In this document: positions 10,089 to 17,358 of the stretch, piece after piece
How positions within the stretch are numbered: position 1 is the stretch's first letter
Layout of the letters: each line of letters begins with the position of its first letter
Assembly (NCBI GenBank): GCA_039679545.1
Contig: JBDKUT010000032.1
Location: 1 to 29,628 of the forward strand
Source: Thermotogota bacterium
GTDB lineage: Bacteria; Bipolaricaulota; Bipolaricaulia; UBA7950; UBA9294
Length of the DNA stretch: 29,628 nucleotides
Direction of reading: 5' to 3'
The notes under the pieces: model-generated
The model's input: only the letters and a program-made list of their open reading frames with translations
Told to the model about the DNA's origin: nothing
Databases searched by the model: none
Position numbers and translations under genes: made by a program

Positions 10089-10303
10089 GGTGTCGGCCGG
10101 AGGTCAGCGAGCGAGTACTCCGCTTCTTCGCGATCATTCCAGAACTCGAATGACCGGCTGCCAAGCGCGAAGCTTCCCCATGAGTTCCCGGCCTCGTCCA
10201 CTAGCTTCCTCTCCTGGATGAATGTGACGAAGTCATAGACTTGCTCAAGGACATCCTCCGGAAGGCTCTCGATTCTCCTGATCAACTGGTCCCTGACTCT
10301 CAT
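10085..10303 (-). CDS. Putative antitoxin (DUF2281-like), 72 aa
   Basis: IESLPEDVLEQVYDFVTFI motif, acidic tail FWNDREEAEY, GGAGG RBS before the ATG at 10303, coupled to the PemK gene. Confidence 0.78.
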   Translation of the reverse strand: MRVRDQLIRRIESLPEDVLEQVYDFVTFIQERKLVDEAGNSWGSFALGSRSFEFWNDREEAEYSLADLRPTP

Positions 10304-10403
10304 AGTGTTCCTCCCCGCCAGCATCCACTGAGTCCACGATACCACGCCTGACCGACACAGGCCACTGGCAGGAGATCCAGCTCACCTTTACATTGCACCC
10401 GTG

Positions 10404-10519
10404 TGTGCGACGTTCGTAGACGGACGTAGCGTCTATGCGCTCGGTTCACACGCGAGAGCGCCAATGCGTTCGGTTCTGCCATGAGAACGCACCACCATCT
10501 GCGTGCGACGTTCGTGAAC
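10404..10519. repeat. REP-like cluster B with two nested hairpins
   Basis: gtgcgacgttcgtagacggac-GTAG(10426)-cgtc-[gcgctc..gagcgc]-[tgcgttc..gaacgca]-..gtgcgacgttcgtgaac; near-identical to 9543-9625. Confidence 0.85.
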
Positions 10520-10626
10520 AGGCCCATGCGCCCCCGCTTCGGGTAGACTCACTCCCGCAGGGCGGGTCGGCTGGTGTTCTGTGCCCTCGCCCTCGGAAGC
10601 GACTGAGTGCAAGAGAGGAGGGTGGG

Positions 10627-11994
10627 TTGTCGCATACAGAGTCGATCGATCGCTACATCGCGGCCGTGACGGACGCGCTGTCGAAGCTGGATCGCCAGGC
10701 GATCGGCGAGGTCGTCGACGAGTTCCTTCGCGCGTGGCGCGAGGGTGCGACCCTCTTCTTCGCGGGGAACGGAGGCAGCGCGGCCACGGCCGCCCACTTC
10801 GTCGTCGACATGAGCAAGGGGACCGCCGTCCCAGGGCGCCCGCCGCTTCGCGCCATCTCGCTGACCGACAACCTCCCGAGCCTGACGGCGTGGGCCAACG
10901 ACTCCTCGTACGACATCGCGATGTCCGAGCGACTGCGCGCACTCGCCTCGCCCAACGACGTCCTCGTCGCGATCTCTTGCAGCGGCACCTCGCGCAACGT
11001 CCTCCACGCCGTGCAGACCGCTCACGCCCTCGGCTTGCGAACGATCGGGCTCGCCGGCCGGGACGGGGGTCGGCTGAAGGACATGGTCGACGTCTGTGTC
11101 TGCGCCCCCGCGGAGTGGATCGGCCAGCAGGAGGACCTCCACATGGTCCTCGACCACGCCATCACCCTTGCGCTCCGCGACGCCATGCTCGCGGAGTCGA
11201 CGCGCATCGACGGAACGACCGTGAAAGCGATGATCCTCGCCGCGGGGGAGGGGGTCCGGCTGCGCCCCCTCACCAACACATACGCCAAGGCCGTGCTCCC
11301 GGTCGGCGGCAAGCCCGCCCTTGAGCACGTCCTTGAATGGTTGCGCTCCTACGGCATTCGCGACGTCGGCATCAACCTACACCATTGCCCCGAGAGCATT
11401 ACATCCTGCTTCGGCGATGGGGAGCGCCTCGGGATGCGGCTCACGTACAGCCGCGAGCCCGAGCTCCTCGGCACCGCGGGCGGGGTTCGCGCGCTCGCCT
11501 CGTTCCTCGACCGCCGGTTCGTCCTCGTGTACGGCGACGTCTTGACCGATCTCAACTTGGGCGACCTCGTGCAGTACCACGCCAAGAAGGTTGCGTCTCT
11601 ACCCGCGGCCGCACCCGCACTCACGATGGCACTCTGGAAGACCGAGCGGCCGTCGTCCGAGGTCGGCATCGTCGAGGTCGACGCAGGCGGCCGCGTCACG
11701 CGGTTTGTGGAGAAGCCGTCGCCGGGGACGACCTTCTCCAACCTGTCGAACGCGGGAGTCCTCGTCCTGGAACCCGGAATCCTGGACCACATCCCGGCAG
11801 GGCGAGCCGTCGACTTCGGACAAGACGTCTTCCCCGCGCTTCTCAAACGCGGCGTCCCGATGTTCGGCTGGCGCATCCCAGACGGCGCCTACCTCGCGGA
11901 CTACGGAACTCTCGAGTCCTACGCCAGGGTTCAGGTCGAGTGGCCTCCAAAGCGCGGTCGACGGGACGGAGTTCATGAACACCGCAGCGGTTAA
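10627..11994 (+). CDS. gmhA: Fusion of phosphoheptose isomerase (GmhA, SIS domain) and sugar-1-phosphate nucleotidyltransferase (HddC-like)
   Basis: N-terminal GNGGSAATAAH, TAWAND, ISCSGTSRNV, QEDLH; C-terminal KAMILAAGEGVRLRPLT, EPELLGTAGG, YGDV, FVEKP; TTG start at 10627 after AGGAGG (ORF-track start lies inside repeat B). Confidence 0.88.
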   Translation: MSHTESIDRYIAAVTDALSKLDRQAIGEVVDEFLRAWREGATLFFAGNGGSAATAAHFVVDMSKGTAVPGRPPLRAISLTDNLPSLTAWANDSSYDIAMSERLRALASPNDVLVAISCSGTSRNVLHAVQTAHALGLRTIGLAGRDGGRLKDMVDVCVCAPAEWIGQQEDLHMVLDHAITLALRDAMLAESTRIDGTTVKAMILAAGEGVRLRPLTNTYAKAVLPVGGKPALEHVLEWLRSYGIRDVGINLHHCPESITSCFGDGERLGMRLTYSREPELLGTAGGVRALASFLDRRFVLVYGDVLTDLNLGDLVQYHAKKVASLPAAAPALTMALWKTERPSSEVGIVEVDAGGRVTRFVEKPSPGTTFSNLSNAGVLVLEPGILDHIPAGRAVDFGQDVFPALLKRGVPMFGWRIPDGAYLADYGTLESYARVQVEWPPKRGRRDGVHEHRSG

Positions 11995-12574
11995 CGCCAA
12001 CTCGAGTACCCTCACAACGGTGTTCCTCGACCGGGACGGCGTGATCAACCGCAAGCCCCCGGCGGGCGAGTACGTCGCGCGCTGGTCGGAGTTCGAGCTC
12101 CTGCCCGGCGTTCCCGCCGCCATCGCTCGGATGACGCGCGCCGGACTGCGCGTGGTCGTCGCGACCAACCAGCGCGGCATCGCGAAAGGCCTCGTCGAGA
12201 AAGCCGAGGTCGAGAGGATCCACCACCGAATGGTCGAGACCCTGGCGAAGTCGGGCGGTCGGATCGACGCGGTCTACTACTGCCCGCACGATGACGGGGA
12301 GTGCGACTGCCGCAAGCCCGGTGTCGGCCTCTTCCGGGAAGCAGAGCGCGAACATCCCGACATCGACTTCGCGAAGTCCGTCGTCATCGGCGACTCGCTG
12401 AGTGACATCCAAGCCGGAAACGCCATCGGGGCTCACACAATCTTGATCGAGTCCGAGCCCGAGACGCCGCAAGGCGCTACGAAGAGAGCGACGGAACTCG
12501 GGTTGAGGGTGGACGCTGTCGTCGGGTCGCTGGCGGAAGCGGCGGATTGGATCCTTGGGCGACAGCGTTCGTAG
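11975..12574 (+). CDS. gmhB: D,D-heptose 1,7-bisphosphate phosphatase (HAD family)
   Basis: VFLDRDGVIN, TNQRGI, CPHDDGECDCRKP zinc motif, IGDSLSDIQAG. Confidence 0.93.
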   Translation: MNTAAVNANSSTLTTVFLDRDGVINRKPPAGEYVARWSEFELLPGVPAAIARMTRAGLRVVVATNQRGIAKGLVEKAEVERIHHRMVETLAKSGGRIDAVYYCPHDDGECDCRKPGVGLFREAEREHPDIDFAKSVVIGDSLSDIQAGNAIGAHTILIESEPETPQGATKRATELGLRVDAVVGSLAEAADWILGRQRS

Positions 12575-12600
12575 GATTCGTTGAGTTCGTTGGGTCCGTA
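12567..12600 (+). repeat. 9-nt tandem repeat (gttcgtagg attcgttga gttcgttgg gtccgta)
   Basis: Read directly; the first unit contains the gmhB TAG stop. Confidence 0.75.
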
Positions 12601-12607
12601 GTCCATG

Positions 12608-12726
12608 GACGGACGTAGCGTCTATGCGCTCGGTCCTCACGCGAGAGCGCACCACCTTCAGTGTGCGACGTTCGTGGATGGGCGTAGCGTCGCACCTTGG
12701 TGCGACGTTCGGAACGTCGGAGACAA
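12608..12726. repeat. REP-like cluster C
   Basis: GTAG(12615)-cgtc-[tgcgctc..gagcgca]-..gtgcgacgttc; GTAG(12684)-cgtcgcacc-tt-ggtgcgacg (perfect 9-bp stem); then gaacgtcggagacaa, a truncated copy of the last unit of cluster A. Confidence 0.85.
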
Positions 12727-12746
12727 TGAACACCGCGGATCAGGCC

Positions 12747-12768
12747 AACTCAACGAACCCCACGAACC
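12747..12768 (-). repeat. 9-nt tandem repeat (aactcaacg aaccccacg aacc)
   Basis: Reverse-complement relative of 12567-12600, downstream of hicA. Confidence 0.7.
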
Positions 12769-12802
12769 GCAGGCTTGGGGCCCAGCGTGCGCCTGGAACC
12801 CA

Positions 12803-13036
12803 CTAGCGAAGAAGGGCGTTGAGAGCGTCCGGCGTGATGTCGGCGTCGTTGAGGATGGCACGAACGACCTTGGGATGGAGCGTCTTGCGCGCGTGAGTCG
12901 GAAGGGTCACCCTCTTCCCGGCCGCATTCTTGAGGATCATGTGACTGCCGCTCTGCCGAACGGCCACGAACCCTGCATGCTCGAGAGCCCGTCGCATCTC
13001 CGCTGCTGTGATGCGGGGAGTCCGCGCGTCGGTCAC
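12803..13036 (-). CDS. hicA: HicA-family toxin (mRNA interferase)
   Basis: ALEHAGFVAVRQSGSHMIL...RVTLPTH...ILNDADI. Confidence 0.92.
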   Translation of the reverse strand: MTDARTPRITAAEMRRALEHAGFVAVRQSGSHMILKNAAGKRVTLPTHARKTLHPKVVRAILNDADITPDALNALLR

Positions 13037-13257
13037 ACGGTCACTTCCAGCGACGTTAGGCTGACAGAGAGATCCTGAGGAATCTCCTCGCCGGACTGGA
13101 GGCGATCTTCGATGTGAAGGTGAAGGGCATCTCGGATCTCAGCTAGAACATCCTCGTACGTCTCCGCTTGTGCGTAGCACCCCTGGAGCTGGGGGCAGAA
13201 GGCGAAGTAGCCGTCCTCATCTCTTTCAATCACCACAGTGCAACGGTACTGGGCCAT
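13033..13257 (-). CDS. hicB: HicB-family antitoxin, short form without a DNA-binding domain
   Basis: VVIERDEDGYFAFCPQLQGCYAQAETYEDVLAEIRDA; AAGGAGG RBS; 4-nt overlap with hicA. Confidence 0.92.
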   Translation of the reverse strand: MAQYRCTVVIERDEDGYFAFCPQLQGCYAQAETYEDVLAEIRDALHLHIEDRLQSGEEIPQDLSVSLTSLEVTV

Positions 13258-13323
13258 CAGGGGCCTCCTTCCTCGCGCTTGAGGACCGCATGGTTCGATT
13301 ATAGCGGGGGGCCCCGAGTGAAG

Positions 13324-13436
13324 GGGCTCGCCGGGTTCGCGGGGTTGCGGAACCCCAAGAACACAATGAACCCAACGAACCGGCTGTGATCCCGGTGCGC
13401 CGTCCAGCAGATCGAACCCTACGAACTCAACGAACT
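13324..13436. repeat. 9-nt tandem repeats, including an inverted arrangement
   Basis: gggctcgcc gggttcgcg gggttgcgg | aaccccaag aacacaatg aacccaacg aacc (13351-13381); aaccctacg aactcaacg aact (13415-13436). Confidence 0.75.
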
Positions 13437-13476
13437 GGAATAACTCGCCGAGAGAACGATCCGCCCTAGGGCGGAG

Positions 13477-14457
13477 TTAGTCGATCGTGTAGATTCGGCT
13501 GCCCTCGGGCGCGAAGGCGAACGGGACGCGGCGCAGTCCGGGAAGGGCGCGGAGAATCCTGTCTTGGCGCTCGGGGGCCGCGTAGAGGAGCAGGAATCCG
13601 CCGCCGCCGGCGCCGAGGATCTTTCCCCCGATGGCTCCCCGCGCACGCGCGGTTTCGTACCACTCGTCGATTTGCGGATTCGTGATCCCCTCCGCAAGCT
13701 GCCGCTTGAGCTGCCATCCTGCGTCGAGCAGCCTTCCTAGCTCTTCGGGGCGGTCGGCTTCAAGGGCATCGCGCAGGTCGTAGGCCATACGCGCCATCTG
13801 CACGAGCGCTTTCGAGTTCGCGTTGCCGGCGCGCGTGTTCTCGCCTTGCTGCTTCAAGACTGCGTCGCTCTCCCGGGCCATCCCGGTGTGGAGGAGCATC
13901 AGGCTTCTCTCCAGCCGATCCTTCGTCTCCTGTCGGCAGCGGACGGGTTCGACGAGAACGCGTTCGTCGGGCAGGAACCGAATGAACTGCATTCCGCCGA
14001 ACGCCGCGATGTACTGGTCCTGCTTCCCGATCGGCTTGCCGCATCGCTCGATCTCGATCTCGCACGCCTCGTTCGCCAACCACGCGGCGTCCGCCGGCTC
14101 ACCGCGATGGGCGCGGAAAGCGTTGAGGAGGCCCACGGTGTACGAACTCGACGATCCGAGTCCCGTGCCGTGCGCCGGCACGTCGGAGATGGACGCGATC
14201 TCGACGCCGGCGTCGATGCCCACCGCGGTGAGCGCTTCGCGGACGAGCTCGTGACGCAGCTCGCCCACGGAGTCGACGACCTCGGTGATGGAGTAGCTCA
14301 CACGAACCTTGCGGTCGAACTTCTCGTTGACGCAAATGAAGATGTACTTGTCGATCGCAGTGCTCAGGACCGCACCCTCGTGGTCTCTGTAGAAGGCGGG
14401 AAGGTCGGTGCCGCCGCCGACGAAGCTGATCCGCAAAGGCGTTCGGGAGACGATCAT
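13477..14457 (-). CDS. hddA: D-glycero-alpha-D-manno-heptose-7-phosphate kinase (GHMP family)
   Basis: MIVSRTPLRISFVGGGTD, GTGLGSSSS, PIGKQDQY, GGKILGAGGGGF. Confidence 0.9.
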   Translation of the reverse strand: MIVSRTPLRISFVGGGTDLPAFYRDHEGAVLSTAIDKYIFICVNEKFDRKVRVSYSITEVVDSVGELRHELVREALTAVGIDAGVEIASISDVPAHGTGLGSSSSYTVGLLNAFRAHRGEPADAAWLANEACEIEIERCGKPIGKQDQYIAAFGGMQFIRFLPDERVLVEPVRCRQETKDRLERSLMLLHTGMARESDAVLKQQGENTRAGNANSKALVQMARMAYDLRDALEADRPEELGRLLDAGWQLKRQLAEGITNPQIDEWYETARARGAIGGKILGAGGGGFLLLYAAPERQDRILRALPGLRRVPFAFAPEGSRIYTID

Positions 14458-14469
14458 CCGCTGCCCATC

Positions 14470-15768
14470 CTACTTTCCCTCATCGAGCGGGAGACGCGGC
14501 GCGTGGTCGATGGGCTCGAGCTCCGGCAGGGGTTTCTCGGACGCCGTCATCTCTTTGAGGCGACGGGCTCCGGGGAGGAGCCGCCCCTCCAACGACGCGA
14601 CCGCCTTGTTGTAGGCTTCGACGCTCTTGTCCAGGTGCTTGCCGACTTCGCCGATCGGGCCGAGGACGTTGACCACGCGGTCGTAGAGCTCCCGGCCCTG
14701 ATCTGCGATGGCGCGGGCGTTCTCGGCGACGTAGAGCTGATCCCACCCGAACGCCACGGTGCGTAGGAGCGCGTAGAGCGTGATCGGGGAGGCGAAGAGG
14801 ATCTTCTGCTTCAGCCCGTACTCGAGCAGCTCCGCATCTTCCTCGAAGGCCGCCGACAGCGCGGACTCGATCGGCACGAACATGACGACCAGCTGCGGGG
14901 CGTTCGCAAACTGGTTCCAGTACTGTTTCCGCGCCAGCTCTTGGATGCGCAGGCGCGTGGCCTTGACGTGGTCGGCGAGCTTCGCGCGCCGCGCGTCGCC
15001 CTCGAGCTGCATCGCGTCGAGGTACGCGGCCGCGGACGCCTTCGCATCGACGGGCAGAATGCCGCCGCCGGGGAGATGGATGATCATGTCCGGCCGTCCG
15101 TCGTCGGTGACGGCTTGCTCGTCGAAGTCGATGTGGTCTTCCATCCCGGCCAACTCCGCGATGCGTCGGAGCTGAAGTTCGCCCCACCGCCCGCGCGCCG
15201 TCGACGACTTCATCGCCTGCGACAAGGTTGTGGTGGTGGACTGGAGCTGAATCTGTGCCTCGCCGAGGCCGCGGATCTGCTGCTCGATGGAACGGTAGGC
15301 GCCTTCCCGCTTCTCTTCGAGGGTGCGAATCTGACCGTCGAGAGCGGTGAGCGACTTCTCGAGCGGCGCGACGAGTCCCTTCAGTTCTTCTTTGTGGGTT
15401 CCCCAGTCGCCGCGCACCTTGTCGAGGAGGCCGCCGAGTTGCTCGCGGGACCGCGCGAGGTACTGCTCGGCGTTCGCCGTCAGGGCGTTGGCGGCCAGCG
15501 CGGCGAACACCTCGCGCAGCGACTCCTGCGCCTTGTCCACCCACAGGACGCGCTCGCCCGCCGCGGCGCGCTCGGCATCGGCGCGGGTCGCGTCGACGCG
15601 CAGGCGGTCATTCTCGGTGCGCATCGCCTCGAGCCCCTCGAGGGCTTCATTCTTCGCACCGAGTTCGGCGGTCAGGGCGGCCAGCCGCGTCTGCGCCCGG
15701 AGGTGCGCGACGATCGCGCCGAGTCCCGCGCCGACGATCAGCCCAGCCGCAAGAAGAACCCACTCCAT
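14470..15768 (-). CDS. rmuC: DNA recombination protein RmuC (alternative start 15795)
   Basis: N-terminal TM segment, coiled coil, RGRWGELQL, RPDMIIHLPGG, VDAK, VVMFVPIES, ASPITL. Confidence 0.92.
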   Translation of the reverse strand: MEWVLLAAGLIVGAGLGAIVAHLRAQTRLAALTAELGAKNEALEGLEAMRTENDRLRVDATRADAERAAAGERVLWVDKAQESLREVFAALAANALTANAEQYLARSREQLGGLLDKVRGDWGTHKEELKGLVAPLEKSLTALDGQIRTLEEKREGAYRSIEQQIRGLGEAQIQLQSTTTTLSQAMKSSTARGRWGELQLRRIAELAGMEDHIDFDEQAVTDDGRPDMIIHLPGGGILPVDAKASAAAYLDAMQLEGDARRAKLADHVKATRLRIQELARKQYWNQFANAPQLVVMFVPIESALSAAFEEDAELLEYGLKQKILFASPITLYALLRTVAFGWDQLYVAENARAIADQGRELYDRVVNVLGPIGEVGKHLDKSVEAYNKAVASLEGRLLPGARRLKEMTASEKPLPELEPIDHAPRLPLDEGK

Positions 15769-15843
15769 GCGCACCCCTTGTCGACCGAACGTCACCTCAA
15801 CCTTGGGAGATCCTACCCGGCTCGGCGAGAGAAGCCCAGCCTG

Positions 15844-16023
15844 CTAGCGGTCGGCCAGGAGCTTCAGGATATGCTTCGCCAAGGGCTCCTTGATCTCCTG
15901 ATGACGGGGAACAGGCTGGCAAACTCTGGTCCTTGGGTTCTGATACCAGTCGTGGCGCGCTCCGCGCCGCAGGAGGATGCACCCCTGCCTCTCGATCTCC
16001 CTAACAAGATCTCGCCGATTCAT
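15844..16023 (-). CDS. hicA: HicA-family toxin, 59 aa (missing from the ORF track)
   Basis: Manual translation MNRRDLVREIERQGCILLRRGARHDWYQNPRTRVCQPVPRHQEIKEPLAKHILKLLADR*; 4-nt overlap with hicB. Confidence 0.9.
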   Translation of the reverse strand: MNRRDLVREIERQGCILLRRGARHDWYQNPRTRVCQPVPRHQEIKEPLAKHILKLLADR

Positions 16024-16211
16024 GAAACCTGGAGCTCGGCCACGCGGCGGGCTTCGGGAATGCTCCCTCCGGCCAGTTCCTGATAGAGGTCCCTGAGGTT
16101 ATCAGCCAGCTCCTCGTGAGTCGCGCCCTGCGTCCAGTAGTCCGGGAACTCCAGCAAGTACCCGATCCAGGCGCCATCATGCTCCCAATGCACGTACTGC
16201 AGGGTCTTCAT
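16020..16211 (-). CDS. hicB: HicB-family antitoxin, short form, 63 aa
   Basis: MKTLQYVHWEHDGAWIGYLLEFPDYWTQGATHEELADNLRDLY. Confidence 0.88.
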   Translation of the reverse strand: MKTLQYVHWEHDGAWIGYLLEFPDYWTQGATHEELADNLRDLYQELAGGSIPEARRVAELQVS

Positions 16212-16261
16212 AGCCCCCAGAGCATACAGAGCCGACCCTAGGGAAGGCAATGGACGCAACA

Positions 16262-16302
16262 CGCAGGCTCCTGCAAGGGTCCAAAGTGTGGAGGAGCCTG
16301 CG
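16262..16302. other. 11-bp inverted repeat upstream of the second hicBA (terminator- or operator-like)
   Basis: cgcaggctcct (16262-16272) pairs with aggagcctgcg (16292-16302). Confidence 0.55.
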
Positions 16303-16338
16303 ACCTGGGTTCGCTGAGTGCCCGCGTACTGCAGATCC

Positions 16339-17358
16339 TTAGGAAGCTTCCTCTCGTAGGTCGATCTCCCCGGACTCTTCGCCGGGGCCGCGCAGGACGT
16401 GACCGCGGACGCCGTCGACGCGGACGAGGATGTAGTCCGGATCCTCCGGGCCCTGCGGCCAGTCGTCGCGCCACGGCTCGTGCCACAGCCGTGCCCGCCG
16501 CTCGGGATCTTCGACGAGCCGCGCGATGCCGTGGAATGCGGCGTAGTTGAAACGATCGGTGTCCACGAAGAGGACGGTGACCTCGGGGTGCTCTCCGATC
16601 TGCTGTACCTTGCGCGAGGCTCGCGAGGTGGCAAACCAGAGGGTGCGACCCTCGCGGAGGACGAGGTCCATCGGGCGGGATTGAGCGAAGCCGTCCTCCC
16701 CGATCGTCACGAAGAGAGGAAACTCGATCCCGTCGACCATCGACCAGAGGGTCTCGGCCAGAGGGCCGGCCGCCGGGTCCGGACGCCGCGGCGCGAGGCG
16801 AAACACGTCTGCGCCCTGCAGGCCGAACGTGGCGATCACGTCATCGACGAACGCCTCTCGAACGAGGAGCACGGCCACCGCGTTGGATGCCGCCAACTCT
16901 CGGACGCTCTCCGCGTGACCGCCACCGTCGAGCTCCCACCGCCCAACCTCGTCGACGAACACGACGTCGCACTGTCCCGCGGCGCGATGGATGGCCGCAC
17001 GGGCAAACCGCAGCGCCTCCGGTCGCACGAAGAACCGTCCGACCGGTCGTCCCGGCGGCGTCGGCTCCGCGAACCCGCGCTCTTCGCCCGTCTCGAGATC
17101 CACGACACCATAGCCGACGGTGACGTCGCCTTTGAGGCGGCGCGGGGCGAGGATGCCGCCGACGGAGACTCCCCGATCCCGCAGATGCTCGGCGACGCGC
17201 TCGGCGGTTCGTGTCTTGCCGGCAGCGATTCCTCCAGCCAGGATCACGGGCGCCTGCGGCCGGGTTCCCCGCGACGCCCGAAGCTTCGCCTCGACGGCGC
17301 GGGCGATCTCCTGTGCGAGCCGCTCGGCCTCGGCGTCCGTCGCTTCCCGCGACGTCAT
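16339..17358 (-). CDS. Fusion of P-loop NTPase (NTPase_1/DUF2478-like) and pyridoxamine-5'-phosphate-oxidase-like FMN-binding domain
   Basis: GGIAAGKT Walker A, VFVDEVG Walker B; C-terminal VTIGEDGFAQSRPM..LWFATSRASRKVQQI..HPEV. Confidence 0.8.
   Translation of the reverse strand: MTSREATDAEAERLAQEIARAVEAKLRASRGTRPQAPVILAGGIAAGKTRTAERVAEHLRDRGVSVGGILAPRRLKGDVTVGYGVVDLETGEERGFAEPTPPGRPVGRFFVRPEALRFARAAIHRAAGQCDVVFVDEVGRWELDGGGHAESVRELAASNAVAVLLVREAFVDDVIATFGLQGADVFRLAPRRPDPAAGPLAETLWSMVDGIEFPLFVTIGEDGFAQSRPMDLVLREGRTLWFATSRASRKVQQIGEHPEVTVLFVDTDRFNYAAFHGIARLVEDPERRARLWHEPWRDDWPQGPEDPDYILVRVDGVRGHVLRGPGEESGEIDLREEAS

Noticed and set aside
10435..10626. N-terminal extension of the GmhA fusion in the ORF track
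   Set aside because: It begins inside repeat B; an AGGAGG RBS precedes the TTG at 10627, where GmhA similarity starts
9509..12726. Repeat clusters as a CRISPR array
   Set aside because: Units vary in length and orientation, have no unique regularly sized spacers, are separated by whole genes, and no cas genes are present
9509..13436. Repeats as integron attC sites
   Set aside because: GTT/AAC triplets occur, but I could not find RYYYAAC...GTTRRRY boxes with the attC spacing, and there is no integrase; GTAG plus hairpin fits REPs better
14470..15768. RmuC as the recombinase acting on the repeats
   Set aside because: RmuC is widespread and is not a known site-specific recombinase; adjacency alone is not evidence
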